Shown here piece after piece: positions 38,730 through 49,002 of a DNA stretch of 64,000 nucleotides. Below the pieces are notes generated by a model. It made no database searches. It had not been told where the DNA came from and saw only the letters and a list, made by a program, of their open reading frames with translations. The stretch comes from an uncultured Acidobacteriota bacterium. GTDB lineage: Bacteria; Acidobacteriota; Thermoanaerobaculia; Multivoradales; SZUA-115. Made by a program: the position numbers and the translations under genes. The stretch's first letter is position 1, and the number at the start of each line of letters is the position of its first letter. The stretch covers positions 128,001 to 192,000 of the forward strand of contig CAWDVR010000004.1 of assembly GCA_963805975.1 (NCBI GenBank), written 5' to 3'.

Positions 38730-39923
38730 ATGATCCGACGGCCCTTTGTAGCCGCTGTCTCCTTGACTGTGTTGGCCTTGGCGAGCCCCTCGACGGCGGC
38801 GGACCGGCCCCCGGAGGATTTGCACCTGGTCGGCGATCACTGGACGGCCTGGTACCCACCTGCGCCGCCGCCAGACGCCCAGGTCTACATCATCGTTCCC
38901 GGCGACACGCTCTGGGATCTGGCGAGGAAGTTCTATGGCGACCCCTACCTCTGGCCGCAGCTCTGGGAACGCAATCAGTACATCCAGGACGCGCACTGGA
39001 TCTACCCTGGCGACCCCCTGGTGATCGGACCGCAGGCCGCGGCGGCGGAGAGCCTCGACACGGTCGATTTCGGCACCGAAGGAGAGGCGAGCGGATTGGA
39101 AGCCACCACCGACCCCGCGGCAGAGGACATCTCGCGCGAGGTGCAGCCCGTCGAAGTCGCGGCCGGCGCCCCGGTCCCCCTCGGCACCGAGTCCGACATC
39201 TACTGCACCGGCTACGTCGGCGATCTCGAGGAGTCGTTTCCCCACACCCTCGTGGGCTCCGAGTATGAAGCGCTCTCACCGCCTCTCGAAGGCGTGGGCA
39301 GGGCGCAAGGCCAGTACGGTTCCGCAGACACGGTCAAGTACGGGCTCGACACCGGCGACATCGTGTACGTGGACGGCGGTCGGGCCAGTGGCTTGGAGCC
39401 CGGCAGTCTGTTGACTATCGTCGTGCCCGGCAGGTCGATCACCCATCCGGTGACGAAGAAGGTCTTCGGCCGCCTCTATCGTTATACCGGCCGGCTGCGC
39501 ATCCTCTCGGTGCAGGAGGACACGGCGATCGCCGAGATCACGGCGACCTGCGATCCCATCACCGTGGGCTCGCGGCTCAAGACCTTCTTGCCGGAACCGG
39601 TGCCGCTCGCCAGCCGCACGGTGATGCGGCCCGTCAACTTCCCGTCACCGGCGTCGAGCCTGGCCGGTGCGCCGGTGATCCTCGGCGGCCACGAAGATCA
39701 GGTCGCGCTCGGTCAGGACAACGTGGTCTACATCGACCGCGGTGCCGACGCCGACGTGACTCCGGGCGACATCTACACCATCTACCGCCTGCACCCCAAG
39801 GGTTCGCCGCCGATCATCCTCGGCGAAGTCGCGGTGCTCTCCGTGCACGCACACTCCTCGATCGCCAAGATCATCGCTTCGCGCCATACCGTCTATCGCG
39901 GCGATCTCCTCGATCTCAAGTAG
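38730..39923 (+). CDS. Secreted LysM peptidoglycan-binding protein (TsaP-like architecture)
   Basis: Signal peptide; YIIVPGDTLWDLARKFYGDPYLWPQLWERNQYIQDAHWIYPGD; C-terminal VVYIDRG beta domains. Confidence 0.88.
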   Translation: MIRRPFVAAVSLTVLALASPSTAADRPPEDLHLVGDHWTAWYPPAPPPDAQVYIIVPGDTLWDLARKFYGDPYLWPQLWERNQYIQDAHWIYPGDPLVIGPQAAAAESLDTVDFGTEGEASGLEATTDPAAEDISREVQPVEVAAGAPVPLGTESDIYCTGYVGDLEESFPHTLVGSEYEALSPPLEGVGRAQGQYGSADTVKYGLDTGDIVYVDGGRASGLEPGSLLTIVVPGRSITHPVTKKVFGRLYRYTGRLRILSVQEDTAIAEITATCDPITVGSRLKTFLPEPVPLASRTVMRPVNFPSPASSLAGAPVILGGHEDQVALGQDNVVYIDRGADADVTPGDIYTIYRLHPKGSPPIILGEVAVLSVHAHSSIAKIIASRHTVYRGDLLDLK

Positions 39924-40044
39924 AGGAGAGCCGCCGCGGGAGCGGTGTCCGGCTAAGCGGAATGGTGTGGTATCCTGCTCGGGTCGAAATCACACCTGAG
40001 CAGGAGAGAGTTTCGTTGTCGAGCCCCCTAACCGGGAGAGCGAG

Positions 40045-40326
40045 GTGCGTGCGGTGGCGGAACAGAATCTCAACGGCAGCCTCTCGAAAATCGTCGATGA
40101 GCTGGTGCGGCGAGGCATCACGCTCGAGCAGGCGCGTCGCGAGTTCGAGAAGCAGTTCATCGTCGCGTCGTTGAAGTCGAACGACGGCAACGTCTGCCGC
40201 TCCGCGAAGTCGCTCGGTGTCCATCGCAACACGCTACGCAACAAAGTCTCCACGCTCGGGATCGCACCGGACGACATGCGCTCCCGAGGCCGCAAGCCCT
40301 CCCGCCGGCGCCTCGCGCAGCTCTGA
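40045..40326 (+). CDS. Stand-alone Fis-family HTH (HTH_8) protein
   Basis: LEQARREFEKQFIVASLKSNDGNVCRSAKSLGVHRNTLRNKV. The start may be at 40054. Confidence 0.85.
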   Translation: MRAVAEQNLNGSLSKIVDELVRRGITLEQARREFEKQFIVASLKSNDGNVCRSAKSLGVHRNTLRNKVSTLGIAPDDMRSRGRKPSRRRLAQL

Positions 40327-40372
40327 TCTCCCCTCTCCGCGTAGACGCGGTTCCTGCCGGCGTATAGCACGC

Positions 40373-40388
40373 TGGCATAGAACTAGCA
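40373..40388 (+). promoter_or_regulatory. Putative sigma54 promoter for the lytic transglycosylase
   Basis: TGGCAT-AGAAC-TAGCA, with exact GG-N10-GC spacing. Confidence 0.55.
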
Positions 40389-40552
40389 GTTGATCTTCCT
40401 CTATGCGAATGGGGGCCGCCCGGGGCATTTTCCGCGGCGGCGACACAAAACCTCCAGACCGGCCCCTCGGCGCCCTCGTGTGCCGAAAATGCAGCGCCTT
40501 CCCGCCTTAATGGCCGGCCTGGAGCAAAAGATCCGCGGAGGAAACGTGGACC

Positions 40553-41305
40553 ATGATCAAGAACACCGCGCGTGTGCCTTTGCTGGCCGCCGTGACCCTT
40601 TGTTCCCTGGCAATCGCTCTCTCTTCCTCTCCCTCGATCCCGTCGGTACGCGACCTCACCTGGAAGCAAGCGCTTGACCTCGATGCGTTTCTGGGAGCCA
40701 TGGATCGCCCCTACCCGCCAAGCGTCCCGGTGCAGGAGTTTCACCTGGTGGAGGAGGGCACCCTGTCCTCGGTCCTGACGCAGGAGCAGCAGGCCTTCGA
40801 GCTCTTCGGGCCCGGGGGAAAGCAGGCGGTCCGTGCGAAGCTGCCGCAGGAGACCCCTTTTCGGGCGGCCATCGAGCGCACCGCGGAGCGCCACGGTCTC
40901 GACAGCCGGTTGCTGGCGGCAGTGGTGGAAGCGGAGTCGAACTTCAACCCCAGGGTGGTCTCGCCCCGCGGCGCGGTGGGCTTGACGCAGGTGATGCCGA
41001 GGACCGCCCTCCACACGAGCCGTGGCCCCGTGACCGATCTTCACGACCCGGACGTGAACCTAGATGCCGGCGCCCGCTATCTGCGCCTGCTCCTCGACCA
41101 GTATGAAGGCAACACGGAGCTGGCCTTGGCCGCCTACAACGCGGGCCCTGGCAACGTGGCTCGCTTTCGCGGCATGCCGCCGTTCAGCGAGACCCGCTTC
41201 TACGTGCGCAAGGTGATGGGGCTTTACGAGCGGCACCAGCAGAGCAGTCAGAGCGGCGTGCGCTTGGAGACTGCCGAGCCGTCACTCACGCTCGGCGCTC
41301 GCTGA
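40553..41305 (+). CDS. Soluble lytic transglycosylase (SLT domain)
   Basis: AVVEAESNFNP..VS..GAVGLTQVMP, LALAAYNAGPG, ETRFYV. Confidence 0.93.
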   Translation: MIKNTARVPLLAAVTLCSLAIALSSSPSIPSVRDLTWKQALDLDAFLGAMDRPYPPSVPVQEFHLVEEGTLSSVLTQEQQAFELFGPGGKQAVRAKLPQETPFRAAIERTAERHGLDSRLLAAVVEAESNFNPRVVSPRGAVGLTQVMPRTALHTSRGPVTDLHDPDVNLDAGARYLRLLLDQYEGNTELALAAYNAGPGNVARFRGMPPFSETRFYVRKVMGLYERHQQSSQSGVRLETAEPSLTLGAR

Positions 41306-41312
41306 TGCAGGG

Positions 41313-41528
41313 CTAGTCTTTGCGGGCGTCGCTCGGGGCGTGCAACTGCGCTTGCACGTCGCGGTCGTCGTCCGTCTTGAGGCCCTTCTTGAAGTTGCGG
41401 ATACCCTCGCCCAGGCTGCGGCCGAGGTTGGGCAGCTTGGCGGCGCCGAAGATCAGCACGAAGATCGCCAGGATGATCAGCAGCTCGGGAACTCCGAGAC
41501 CGCCGATGAGACCAGCCACGCTCAGCAT
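41313..41528 (-). CDS. tatA: Twin-arginine translocase TatA/TatE
   Basis: [41 protein letters not shown]. Confidence 0.95.
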   Translation of the reverse strand: MLSVAGLIGGLGVPELLIILAIFVLIFGAAKLPNLGRSLGEGIRNFKKGLKTDDDRDVQAQLHAPSDARKD

Positions 41529-41578
41529 GATTGCTCTCCCGGAGCGCGCTCGGTACGAAAAGCCGGCTTCGCGCTCCT

Positions 41579-42571
41579 CTAGGTCGATCGAGTGTAGCAG
41601 AAGGCGCTCGCCGCGACCCGCTGGGACAGCGCGGGCGCCGCGCGCTCGCCTTCCGGAGTGCGCTCGAGATGGTACAGGGCACGCGCCAGGGTTGGCGGGA
41701 CGAGCGGCAGATGACGATCGACGCCGCGCCTCGCAAACGCGGCGAAGGTGCCGACGGCCTTGAGCGTGCGCTGCGCCGCGGCCCGATGGTAGGCGAGGCG
41801 ATCTGCCTCGGCGGGGAGCTGACCCGCGAGGACCTCTTCCGCCAGCGGCGGCGGCGGAAACAGGCTGTCGTTGAGCAGCGAGGCGAGATCGTAGAAGGGC
41901 GGCCCGAGCCGCAGATCCTGATGATCCAGCACCCACAGATCGGCGGCAGAGGTCTCGCCGGGGACCTCCATTCGAGGCACCAGGTTACGCGCCATGAAAT
42001 CGCGGTGGCAGGGCGTCGCGGGAGAAGAAGCGAGCGCTTCGCACAGCGCCTCGAGCGCGCCTTCGAGGCGCTGTGCCTCGGCGGTGCTGCCCGCGAGGCC
42101 CTGCGGCTCGAGGAACACCTCCCAGGTCTGCCGAAGCTCGCGGCCGAGAAGCTCGCGGTCGAGAGGCGGGTTGAGCTCGGCGACGGCGGCGGAAGGCAGG
42201 CGCTCGATGCGCTTCACGATGGAGAGGGCGCGGTGGAAAAACGGCGCGAGCGCCGTCCACGGCTCGGCTCCGCGGTCGTAGAGCGTCTCTTGCCCCACGT
42301 CCTCGACCAGCATGAAGCCCCGCTCGCAGTCGCTCGTCACGACGCGCGGCACGGGCACGCCGGCCTCCTCGAGGAGCCGAGTGGTGGCGAGGAAGCGGCG
42401 GCAGGAGCCGAGGATCGAGGGTGGGTAGATGGCGAGGATCACGGTGCCGCCGGCCGGCGAGGCGAGGCGCGCGTAGCGGCGCACGGAGACGTCGCCGGGC
42501 AGGGCCGCGAGCGTCTCGGGTGCGTAGCCTCCTGCACGCAGCCAGGAGGCAGCTTCCAGCATCGAGTCCAT
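41579..42571 (-). CDS. Aminoglycoside-phosphotransferase-family kinase (AmgK-like)
   Basis: [44 protein letters not shown]. Confidence 0.85.
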   Translation of the reverse strand: MDSMLEAASWLRAGGYAPETLAALPGDVSVRRYARLASPAGGTVILAIYPPSILGSCRRFLATTRLLEEAGVPVPRVVTSDCERGFMLVEDVGQETLYDRGAEPWTALAPFFHRALSIVKRIERLPSAAVAELNPPLDRELLGRELRQTWEVFLEPQGLAGSTAEAQRLEGALEALCEALASSPATPCHRDFMARNLVPRMEVPGETSAADLWVLDHQDLRLGPPFYDLASLLNDSLFPPPPLAEEVLAGQLPAEADRLAYHRAAAQRTLKAVGTFAAFARRGVDRHLPLVPPTLARALYHLERTPEGERAAPALSQRVAASAFCYTRST

Positions 42572-42614
42572 CGCGTATAATCCTCGGCGGTTCTAGAGCG
42601 GGAAGCATAGACGA

Positions 42615-42923
42615 ATGAAGAAGCAGGACGCCGATCTCCGAGAGCTGCTGCGCGATCTTGGTCGCGCGCTCTCCCAGTCCATCGCCCGCTCACCCGAGAT
42701 CGGGCGAACCCTGCGCCGTTTCCACGACGAGGGTTACACTTTGCACCTGACCCTCGACTGCAAGCGCCAGCCGCCGGCGGTGGAGCAGGTGCCTTTGGCC
42801 CGTCCCTCGGCCCGTCAGAACACGGCCGGGGAGCCCAGCTTCACGATCGACGCGCGCGATCTCTCGTTCCTGCGCTCGATCGGCATCGATCCCACCCGAC
42901 GCTTGCGTCGACGCAGGGCCTGA
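42615..42923 (+). CDS. Small hypothetical protein (102 aa)
   Basis: Clean ORF with GC-biased codons; LLRDLGRALSQSI...EGYTLHLTLD...DLSFLRSIGIDP. Confidence 0.7.
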   Translation: MKKQDADLRELLRDLGRALSQSIARSPEIGRTLRRFHDEGYTLHLTLDCKRQPPAVEQVPLARPSARQNTAGEPSFTIDARDLSFLRSIGIDPTRRLRRRRA

Positions 42924-43997
42924 GCACGATCCTGAGCATCTCCAAGCCTTCGCTCCTGGGCCTTTCGCGGAGCGAGCTGGCCGCACGGCTCGCCGAGGTC
43001 GTCGACCGCCCGTATCGCGTCGAGCAGATCTACCGCGCCTTGAACCACCGCGGGGTGGAGACGCTTCGATGCCATCACCGAGCTCGCCAAGCCTCTGCGC
43101 CAGGAGCTGGCGGCGTGCTTCGAGGTCGGCTCGCCGCATGTCGCCGACCGTCAGGCGGCCGGCGACGGCAGCGAGAAGTTTCTCTTCGAGCTGGCCGACG
43201 GCGCCACCATCGAGGCCGTGGACATACCCGACGGCGACCGCCGCACGCTCTGCATCTCGAGCCAGGCCGGCTGCGCACTGGCCTGCAAATTCTGCGTCAC
43301 CGGTTTCTGGGGCGCGGGGCGCAACCTGACGAGCGGCGAGATCGTCGGCCAGGTGCTCGCCATCCAGCGCGCTTCCGAGATCGAGTCTGCGGGTCTCAAC
43401 CTGGTGTTCATGGGGATGGGCGAGCCGCTGCTCAACCTGCCGGCCCTCGAGGCGTCGCTCGCCATCCTGACCGAGTCGATCTCGTGGCGGCGGATCACGG
43501 TTTCGACGGCCGGCGTGGTGCCGGGCATCGACGCGATGGCGAGCTGGGAAAAACGCCCCAACCTCGCCGTCTCGCTGCACGCACCGGACGACGAGCGGCG
43601 CGACCAGGTGATGCCGATCAACAAGAGCTACCCGCTCGCCGAGCTGCTGGCCGCGGTGGCCCGCTTCCCGCTGGAAAAAGGCCGCAAGATCACCTTCGAG
43701 TACATCCTCATCCGCGGCTTCAACGACCGGCTCGCCGACGCCGACCGGCTGGCGAAGCTGGTGCGAAGACTGCCGGCGAAGGTGAACCTCATCCCGATCA
43801 ATCCCGACCCGGCGCTCGGCAGCAGCATGGTGCCGCCCGCGGATGCCCAGGTGGACCGGTTCCGTGATCGGCTGCGCGAGAAGGGTGTGCTCACCACCGT
43901 GCGGCGGCGGCGCGGCGACGACGTCAGCGCGGCCTGCGGCCAGCTCCGCGCCTTCGGCCGCGACCCGCGCGGGTTCAGGCTACGAACGGCGGTCTGA
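42920..43997 (+). CDS. rlmN: 23S rRNA/tRNA m2A methyltransferase RlmN; +1 frameshift near 43063, start uncertain (CTG at 42920?)
   Basis: N-terminal part KPSLLGLSRSEL...YRVEQIY, then in a new frame EKFLFEL.DG, CISSQAGCALACKFC, VFMGMGEP, SLHA, VNLIP, AACGQL. Confidence 0.92.
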
Positions 43998-44675
43998 GTA
44001 CCGCCAGATGAGCGCCACGTTGCGGCCGGCGGCGGTGCCGTCGCGGCGGTAGCTCGACAGCCGCTCTTCCGAGCAGCGCGTGCACACTGGGATCTGGTGC
44101 ACCCGCTCGACTCCGGCCCGTGCGAGCTGTGCCGCCACCGCGGCGCCGAGGTCGAGGTGGGGCCTCGCACTACGGCCGGGGCGCGCGCAATCGGTTCCCG
44201 CCGCGGCCGAGACCTGGCCGGCGACCTCTTCGCTCACCTCGTAGCAGCACGGCCCGATCGCCGGGCCGATCCATGCCGTGAGGTCCGCCGGCGACGGCAT
44301 GGCCGCGACCGTGGCTTCGACCACGCGGGCTGCGATGCCCCGCCAGCCGGCGTGCACCGCGGCCACGGCGCCCGCGCCGCCCAGGAGCACCGGCACGCAA
44401 TCGGCCGTCACCACGAGCACGGCCAGGTCCGGCTGCGCGGTCCACAGCGCGTCGCCCTCGCCGCAGGCGCCGGGCGACGCCTCTCGCACCTGGGCGGAGT
44501 GGATCTGCTGCACCCACGCCGTGGAAAGGTGCGGGCTCTCGCCCAACTGGGCGGGGAGCGTGGCCCGCTCCCAGGCAGGGCCGCGGCCCACGAAGCGGAC
44601 CTCGATCTCCGGGGTCGAGTCGCGCCACAGCCAGAAGCCGTGCTGCCTGGTAGGAGCTGACGAGGTCTCGGCCAT
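43980..44675 (-). CDS. pgeF: PgeF/YfiH purine nucleoside phosphorylase-like (laccase-domain) protein
   Basis: QIHS, GDAL.T, TADCVPVLL, AVHAGWRG, IGPAIGPCCYEV, CT.C, SYRR. Confidence 0.93.
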   Translation of the reverse strand: MAETSSAPTRQHGFWLWRDSTPEIEVRFVGRGPAWERATLPAQLGESPHLSTAWVQQIHSAQVREASPGACGEGDALWTAQPDLAVLVVTADCVPVLLGGAGAVAAVHAGWRGIAARVVEATVAAMPSPADLTAWIGPAIGPCCYEVSEEVAGQVSAAAGTDCARPGRSARPHLDLGAAVAAQLARAGVERVHQIPVCTRCSEERLSSYRRDGTAAGRNVALIWRYSDRRS

Positions 44676-44717
44676 CGCGGCTGGATTGTACCCACGATAG
44701 ACTGCGCCCAAAACGTC

Positions 44718-45542
44718 GTGATCCGCTTCTTCAACGTCGGCAAGCTCTACTTCGGCGACCAGCCGGCGCTCTCCGACCTCACCTTCCACATCCCGCGCGG
44801 CGAGCTGGTGTTCCTGACCGGCGCGAGTGGCGCCGGTAAGACCACGCTGCTCAAGCTGATCTTCCGCCAGGAAGCGCCGACCAGCGGCCAGATCCTGGTC
44901 AACGGCCGCAACGTCTCCTCCATCCCGGAGAGCAAGATCCCCTATCTGCGGCGCACCATCGGGGTGGTGTTCCAGGACTTCCGCCTCATCCCCAGGAAGA
45001 CCGTGCTCGAGAACGTGACCTTCCTGCCGCGCATCCTCGGTATGGATCTCGCCGAGCGCAAGCGGCTGGCTTTCGAGGCGTTGCGGCGGGTCGGCCTCGC
45101 CGACCGCATCCATGCCTTTCCCCAGCACCTCTCGGGCGGCGAGCAGCAACGGGTGGCAATCGCGCGGGCGATCATCAACGAGCCGGAGCTGCTGCTCGCC
45201 GACGAGCCCACCGGCAATCTCGACCCCGATCTGTCGCGGGAGATCGTGCGCCTCTTCCTCGAGATCAACCGCCGCGGGACGACGGTGATCCTCGCCACTC
45301 ACGACCGCGACCTCATCCAGCGGGTCGGTGGCAGGATCCTGACCCTGGACCGCGGCCGGCTGGCGCATGACCAGACGATCGAAGCGAGCGATGCGGATCT
45401 CGTGGCGCCCGGAAAGGGAGAGTGGGCCCAGCGCGAGGAACCGAGCGAGCCGGCGGACGAGGAAGCTCCGGCCGAGGCTCCGGGCGCGGCGGCCGATGCG
45501 GTGGCAGGCGAGGAAGCCCGGGCCTCGGAGGAGGGGGCATGA
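44718..45542 (+). CDS. ftsE: Cell division ATP-binding protein FtsE
   Basis: TGASGAGKTT, IPYLRRTIGVVFQDFRL, LSGGEQQRVAIARA, ADEPTGNLDP. Confidence 0.95.
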   Translation: MIRFFNVGKLYFGDQPALSDLTFHIPRGELVFLTGASGAGKTTLLKLIFRQEAPTSGQILVNGRNVSSIPESKIPYLRRTIGVVFQDFRLIPRKTVLENVTFLPRILGMDLAERKRLAFEALRRVGLADRIHAFPQHLSGGEQQRVAIARAIINEPELLLADEPTGNLDPDLSREIVRLFLEINRRGTTVILATHDRDLIQRVGGRILTLDRGRLAHDQTIEASDADLVAPGKGEWAQREEPSEPADEEAPAEAPGAAADAVAGEEARASEEGA

Positions 45543-46450
45543 CCTTCACCAAGGCCCTCCTCTACTTCCTGCGCGAGGCGTCGCTCAACCTCGTGCGGAG
45601 CTGGAAGGTCAGCCTGGTGGCGGTCGCTACCATCGCCGTCAGCCTCTTCGTCGGCGGAGCCTTTCTGCTCTTGTCCGGCAACCTGGCGGCGGTGGTCGAG
45701 CAGTGGCGGCGGGAGACCAAGGTGGTGGTGTATCTGGTGCCCGGAGCCTCGGCCTCCGAGGTGGCGGCCCTCGCCGCCGAGGCCCGCGACCTGCCCTGGG
45801 CAGAAGGTGTCGAGGCGGTGGAGGAGAGCGCGGCGCGGGAGCGCTTTCAGCGCCTCTTTCCCAGCCTCGCCGACCTGGTGGAGGGTGGTTCGTCCCAGGA
45901 GCCTCTTCCCGCCTCGATCGAGGTGTCCTTCGACCCGGACCGGGCCGATCCGCAAGCCATCGCGGCCTGGATCCTGGCGCTGCGGGCGCGTCCCGCCGTG
46001 ACCATGGTGGACGACGACCGGGAGTGGCTGGCCGAGCTCGGCACCCTCGTGGCGCTGGCGCGCGGCATCGGTCTGGGGCTGGGCCTGATCCTGCTCGCGG
46101 CGGCGGTGTTCACCATCGCCAGCGTCGTCCGCCTGACGGCCTACCTCTACCACGACGAGATCGCCATCATGCGCCTGGTGGGGGCCACGGAGTTCTTCAT
46201 CCGCGGGCCCTTCTACGCCGAGGGTCTGCTGCAAGGCCTGCTGGGAGCCGTTCTCGCCGGCGGCGGCCTGTTCACCGCCTTCCACGCGCTGGCACCCAAG
46301 GCCAGGGCTTCCGCCTGGGGTGGGCTGGTCCTGAGCCGGTTTCTGCCTCTCTCTCAGCTCGCCGCGCTGATCGCCCTGGGAGCTGCCGCCGGCCTGGTGG
46401 GGGCGATCCTGTCGCTGCGCCGCGAGAAGCTCACCACGGTCGAGGAGTAG
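45539..46450 (+). CDS. ftsX: Cell division permease FtsX
   Basis: Follows ftsE; PLPASIEV, EIAIMRLVGAT..FIRGPF..EG. Confidence 0.93.
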   Translation: MTFTKALLYFLREASLNLVRSWKVSLVAVATIAVSLFVGGAFLLLSGNLAAVVEQWRRETKVVVYLVPGASASEVAALAAEARDLPWAEGVEAVEESAARERFQRLFPSLADLVEGGSSQEPLPASIEVSFDPDRADPQAIAAWILALRARPAVTMVDDDREWLAELGTLVALARGIGLGLGLILLAAAVFTIASVVRLTAYLYHDEIAIMRLVGATEFFIRGPFYAEGLLQGLLGAVLAGGGLFTAFHALAPKARASAWGGLVLSRFLPLSQLAALIALGAAAGLVGAILSLRREKLTTVEE

Positions 46451-46483
46451 ACGCGCCGGGCTCGCGGTCCACGAGAGCGGCCC

Positions 46484-46513
46484 AAAGAAAAAGGGCAGCC
46501 ACAAGGCTGCCCT
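46484..46513 (-). terminator. Intrinsic terminator for the OmpA-family gene
   Basis: Minus strand reads AGGGCAGCC-TTGT-GGCTGCCCT-TTTTCTTT. Confidence 0.8.
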
Positions 46514-46565
46514 ACCGAAATCGGTGCAGGAGCGACCCTCGGGGTCGCCCCTGCCGGATGGATCC

Positions 46566-47909
46566 CTACCGCACCTTCAGGATGATCACCGCGCGACGGT
46601 TCTCGGCCCGGCCGGCGGCCGTCGAGTTGTCGCCCACCGGGTCCGCTGAGCCGCGTCCCTCGGTGGTGATCCGCGCCGGGTCGATGCCGTGGCGGGTCAC
46701 CAGGTACGACTTCACGGCCTCGGCGCGGCGCTCGCTCATCCGCAGGTTGGTGGTGTCTCCACCCTGGTTGTCCGAGTAGCCGATCACCAGGGCGTAGCGC
46801 GCCGCGTCGTTCTTCATCCGCAGGGCCACCTCGTCGAGGGTAGCCTTGCAGCGGTTGTCCACCCGGGCGCTACCGGCCGCGAACTGGCAGACCTCTTCGA
46901 TGGTCGGCGGCGGCGGAGGAGGCGGCGGGGGTGCCGGCGGCGGAGGCGTCGGCGGCTTCGGCGGTGGCGGCGGTGGGGCAGCCGGCGGGGGAGGAGCGAT
47001 CTCCTCGACCGGCGGTGGCGGCGGTGGCGGTTCCGGCCGCGGGAAGTAGGAGAGGCCGATCAGCCCACCCAGCGGGCAGAAGGTGTCGGTGTCGTCGACC
47101 TGGGACAGATTGGTGCGGAAGCCGAAGTTGAAAGACCAGTTCGAGCCCTCGCCGAACCACAGGCGCCCGCCGGTGGTGAGGTCGATGTCGTCGTCCGGCT
47201 TGGCGTCGCCGCCGTTGTAGATGGTGGCCGAAAGCTCGGTGATCCAGGCCAGCCGATCGTTGACGTCGAAGACGTAGCCGACGCCGGCCAGGATCTCCTC
47301 CGGGACGTCGAAGTTGTCGGCGTCGCCCGGATCGCGGTAGCCAAGGTTGAGCACCCAGCCGCGGACGTCGTAGGCGAGGCCCAGGCCGAAGCCCGTGTCG
47401 CCCGTCACCACGCCTTCGTCTTCGTCGCCGGTGGGCAGCTCGACGAAGGCGTTCAGCCCGAAGTGGCTGTCGTCCTCCGAGTAGAGGTTCCACTTGGCGC
47501 CGACGCGGGCGTTGGCGATGCCGCTGGCATCGACCTCGTTGATGAACAGCCGGCCGTTGACCAGGCCGAGGGTCTGGTTCTCGCTCCCGTCGAGGATGTC
47601 GTAAGGCAGCAGCACCGAGACCTCGAAGCGGTCGGTGAAGCCATAGCCTGCGCTGGCGCTCAGCCGGTGGAAGTCATAGGCGAGGTCATTGGTGAAGCCG
47701 GGCGGTGTCGCAACCGGTGCGACGAGGCGGTCCCAGTTGTTGTAGTAGAGGCCGAAGGACCAGCCGCCCTGAGGCAGGGTAGAACCCGACAACAAGCTGA
47801 AGTAGCCGGTTTCACCCGTGATGCTAGGGCCATTGGCGCCGTGGTCTGCGAAACTAGGCGCGGCCAGCAGGCCGAGAGCAGCGCACCAAGCAATTCTCCG
47901 TTTCATCAC
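46566..47909 (-). CDS. OmpA-family protein (N-terminal beta-barrel, poly-Pro linker, OmpA_C)
   Basis: Signal peptide, long Pro tract, VIGYSD...NLRMSERRAEAVKSYL...GRAENRRA. Confidence 0.92.
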   Translation of the reverse strand: MMKRRIAWCAALGLLAAPSFADHGANGPSITGETGYFSLLSGSTLPQGGWSFGLYYNNWDRLVAPVATPPGFTNDLAYDFHRLSASAGYGFTDRFEVSVLLPYDILDGSENQTLGLVNGRLFINEVDASGIANARVGAKWNLYSEDDSHFGLNAFVELPTGDEDEGVVTGDTGFGLGLAYDVRGWVLNLGYRDPGDADNFDVPEEILAGVGYVFDVNDRLAWITELSATIYNGGDAKPDDDIDLTTGGRLWFGEGSNWSFNFGFRTNLSQVDDTDTFCPLGGLIGLSYFPRPEPPPPPPPVEEIAPPPPAAPPPPPPKPPTPPPPAPPPPPPPPPTIEEVCQFAAGSARVDNRCKATLDEVALRMKNDAARYALVIGYSDNQGGDTTNLRMSERRAEAVKSYLVTRHGIDPARITTEGRGSADPVGDNSTAAGRAENRRAVIILKVR

Positions 47910-48048
47910 ATTCCCCCATTTCTTGGTGTCCGAGACCCGAGGCGCTTGAAGGAATCTCGGTATCTTTACAATCCCGTTTGGAATGGTAGCACAATATAAG
48001 CCGCGGGGACCTTGCGGCAGAGGGGCCCCCGAGCCTGCGGTGAGGGGG

Positions 48049-48885
48049 TCAACGCGAGGAAAGTAGCTGATTCACGCGTTCCAGGAACGCCTTGCCCTGG
48101 TTCGCTCCCAGCTCGGCCGAGAGGATCTTCTCCTCGGCCCGCACCAAGTCCAGCAGCGCATCCACCAGCCGCCCGCTGGCGAGCTCGGCCTGGCTCAGGC
48201 GATAGGACGCGTCGAGCAGCCCCGGCTGGCCCTGGGTGCCCTGGCCCTGGGCTCCGAGGAGGCCGCGGGCCGTCTGGTGCACCTGCTCGAGGAGAGCTCC
48301 CGCCTCGTCGTGCGAGAGCCTCTGCAAGCGCTCGACGGCCAGCCGGCTGACCTCCTCGTTGAGCGCGATCAGGCCCGAGGTGATCATGCCGTAGAGCAGC
48401 TTGCAGACGTCGAACGGGCTGTCGCCCACGGCGATCGCGATCTCCTCGATCGACCGCCGTTCGTCGATCTTCGAGATCAGGTTCCATTCCGCAGGCGAGA
48501 GCGAGACCGAGGTCTTTTTCGCCTGGTTGGTGAAGACCGGCACCAGGCGGGTGGAGGGGATGCGCTTGCCGAGCACCTGCCACTCGTCGATGCGGCGCGC
48601 CGCCTCCATCAGGAGATTGGTGTTGGAGCGCTTGATGGTGGAGGCCGGCGAGGTCTTGCCGGGGTGGAACACGAACTCGCCCTCGTTCCACACCGCGAGC
48701 TCGTAGACCGCCTCCTCGCCTTCCAGGTTGCCGGCCTTGGCATGCACGATCTGGCCGTCGCGCAAGTAGATCTCGCCGCTCGTGGCGCCGTTCCTGAGAT
48801 TGAAGACCCCGGTCTTGCCCGATACCGATACGAGCTGCACGATATCTGGCAGCGGAAGCTCTTTGAGCGATCCCTGAAACGCCAT
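48049..48885 (-). CDS. DUF4388 (PatA-N-like) domain protein
   Basis: MAFQGSLKELPLPDIVQLV...KTG.F.L...GEIYLRDGQIVHA...GEF.F...LLMEAARRIDEW, followed by a winged-helix-like segment. Confidence 0.88.
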   Translation of the reverse strand: MAFQGSLKELPLPDIVQLVSVSGKTGVFNLRNGATSGEIYLRDGQIVHAKAGNLEGEEAVYELAVWNEGEFVFHPGKTSPASTIKRSNTNLLMEAARRIDEWQVLGKRIPSTRLVPVFTNQAKKTSVSLSPAEWNLISKIDERRSIEEIAIAVGDSPFDVCKLLYGMITSGLIALNEEVSRLAVERLQRLSHDEAGALLEQVHQTARGLLGAQGQGTQGQPGLLDASYRLSQAELASGRLVDALLDLVRAEEKILSAELGANQGKAFLERVNQLLSSR

Positions 48886-49002
48886 CTGACCTCGGCTCTG
48901 CGGTTGTGGGGGCTCGCGGCCTTGACCGCCGGCTGCCTAGTATACGGCGAGGATCGGGCGCGCCGGGAGAATCTGCGCAGACTTTGTTGCCGCCGCGCTC
49001 TT

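Noticed and set aside
46905-47040. GGC/GGT-rich tandem-like sequence
   Set aside because: It encodes the poly-proline linker of the OmpA protein and is not an independent repeat element.
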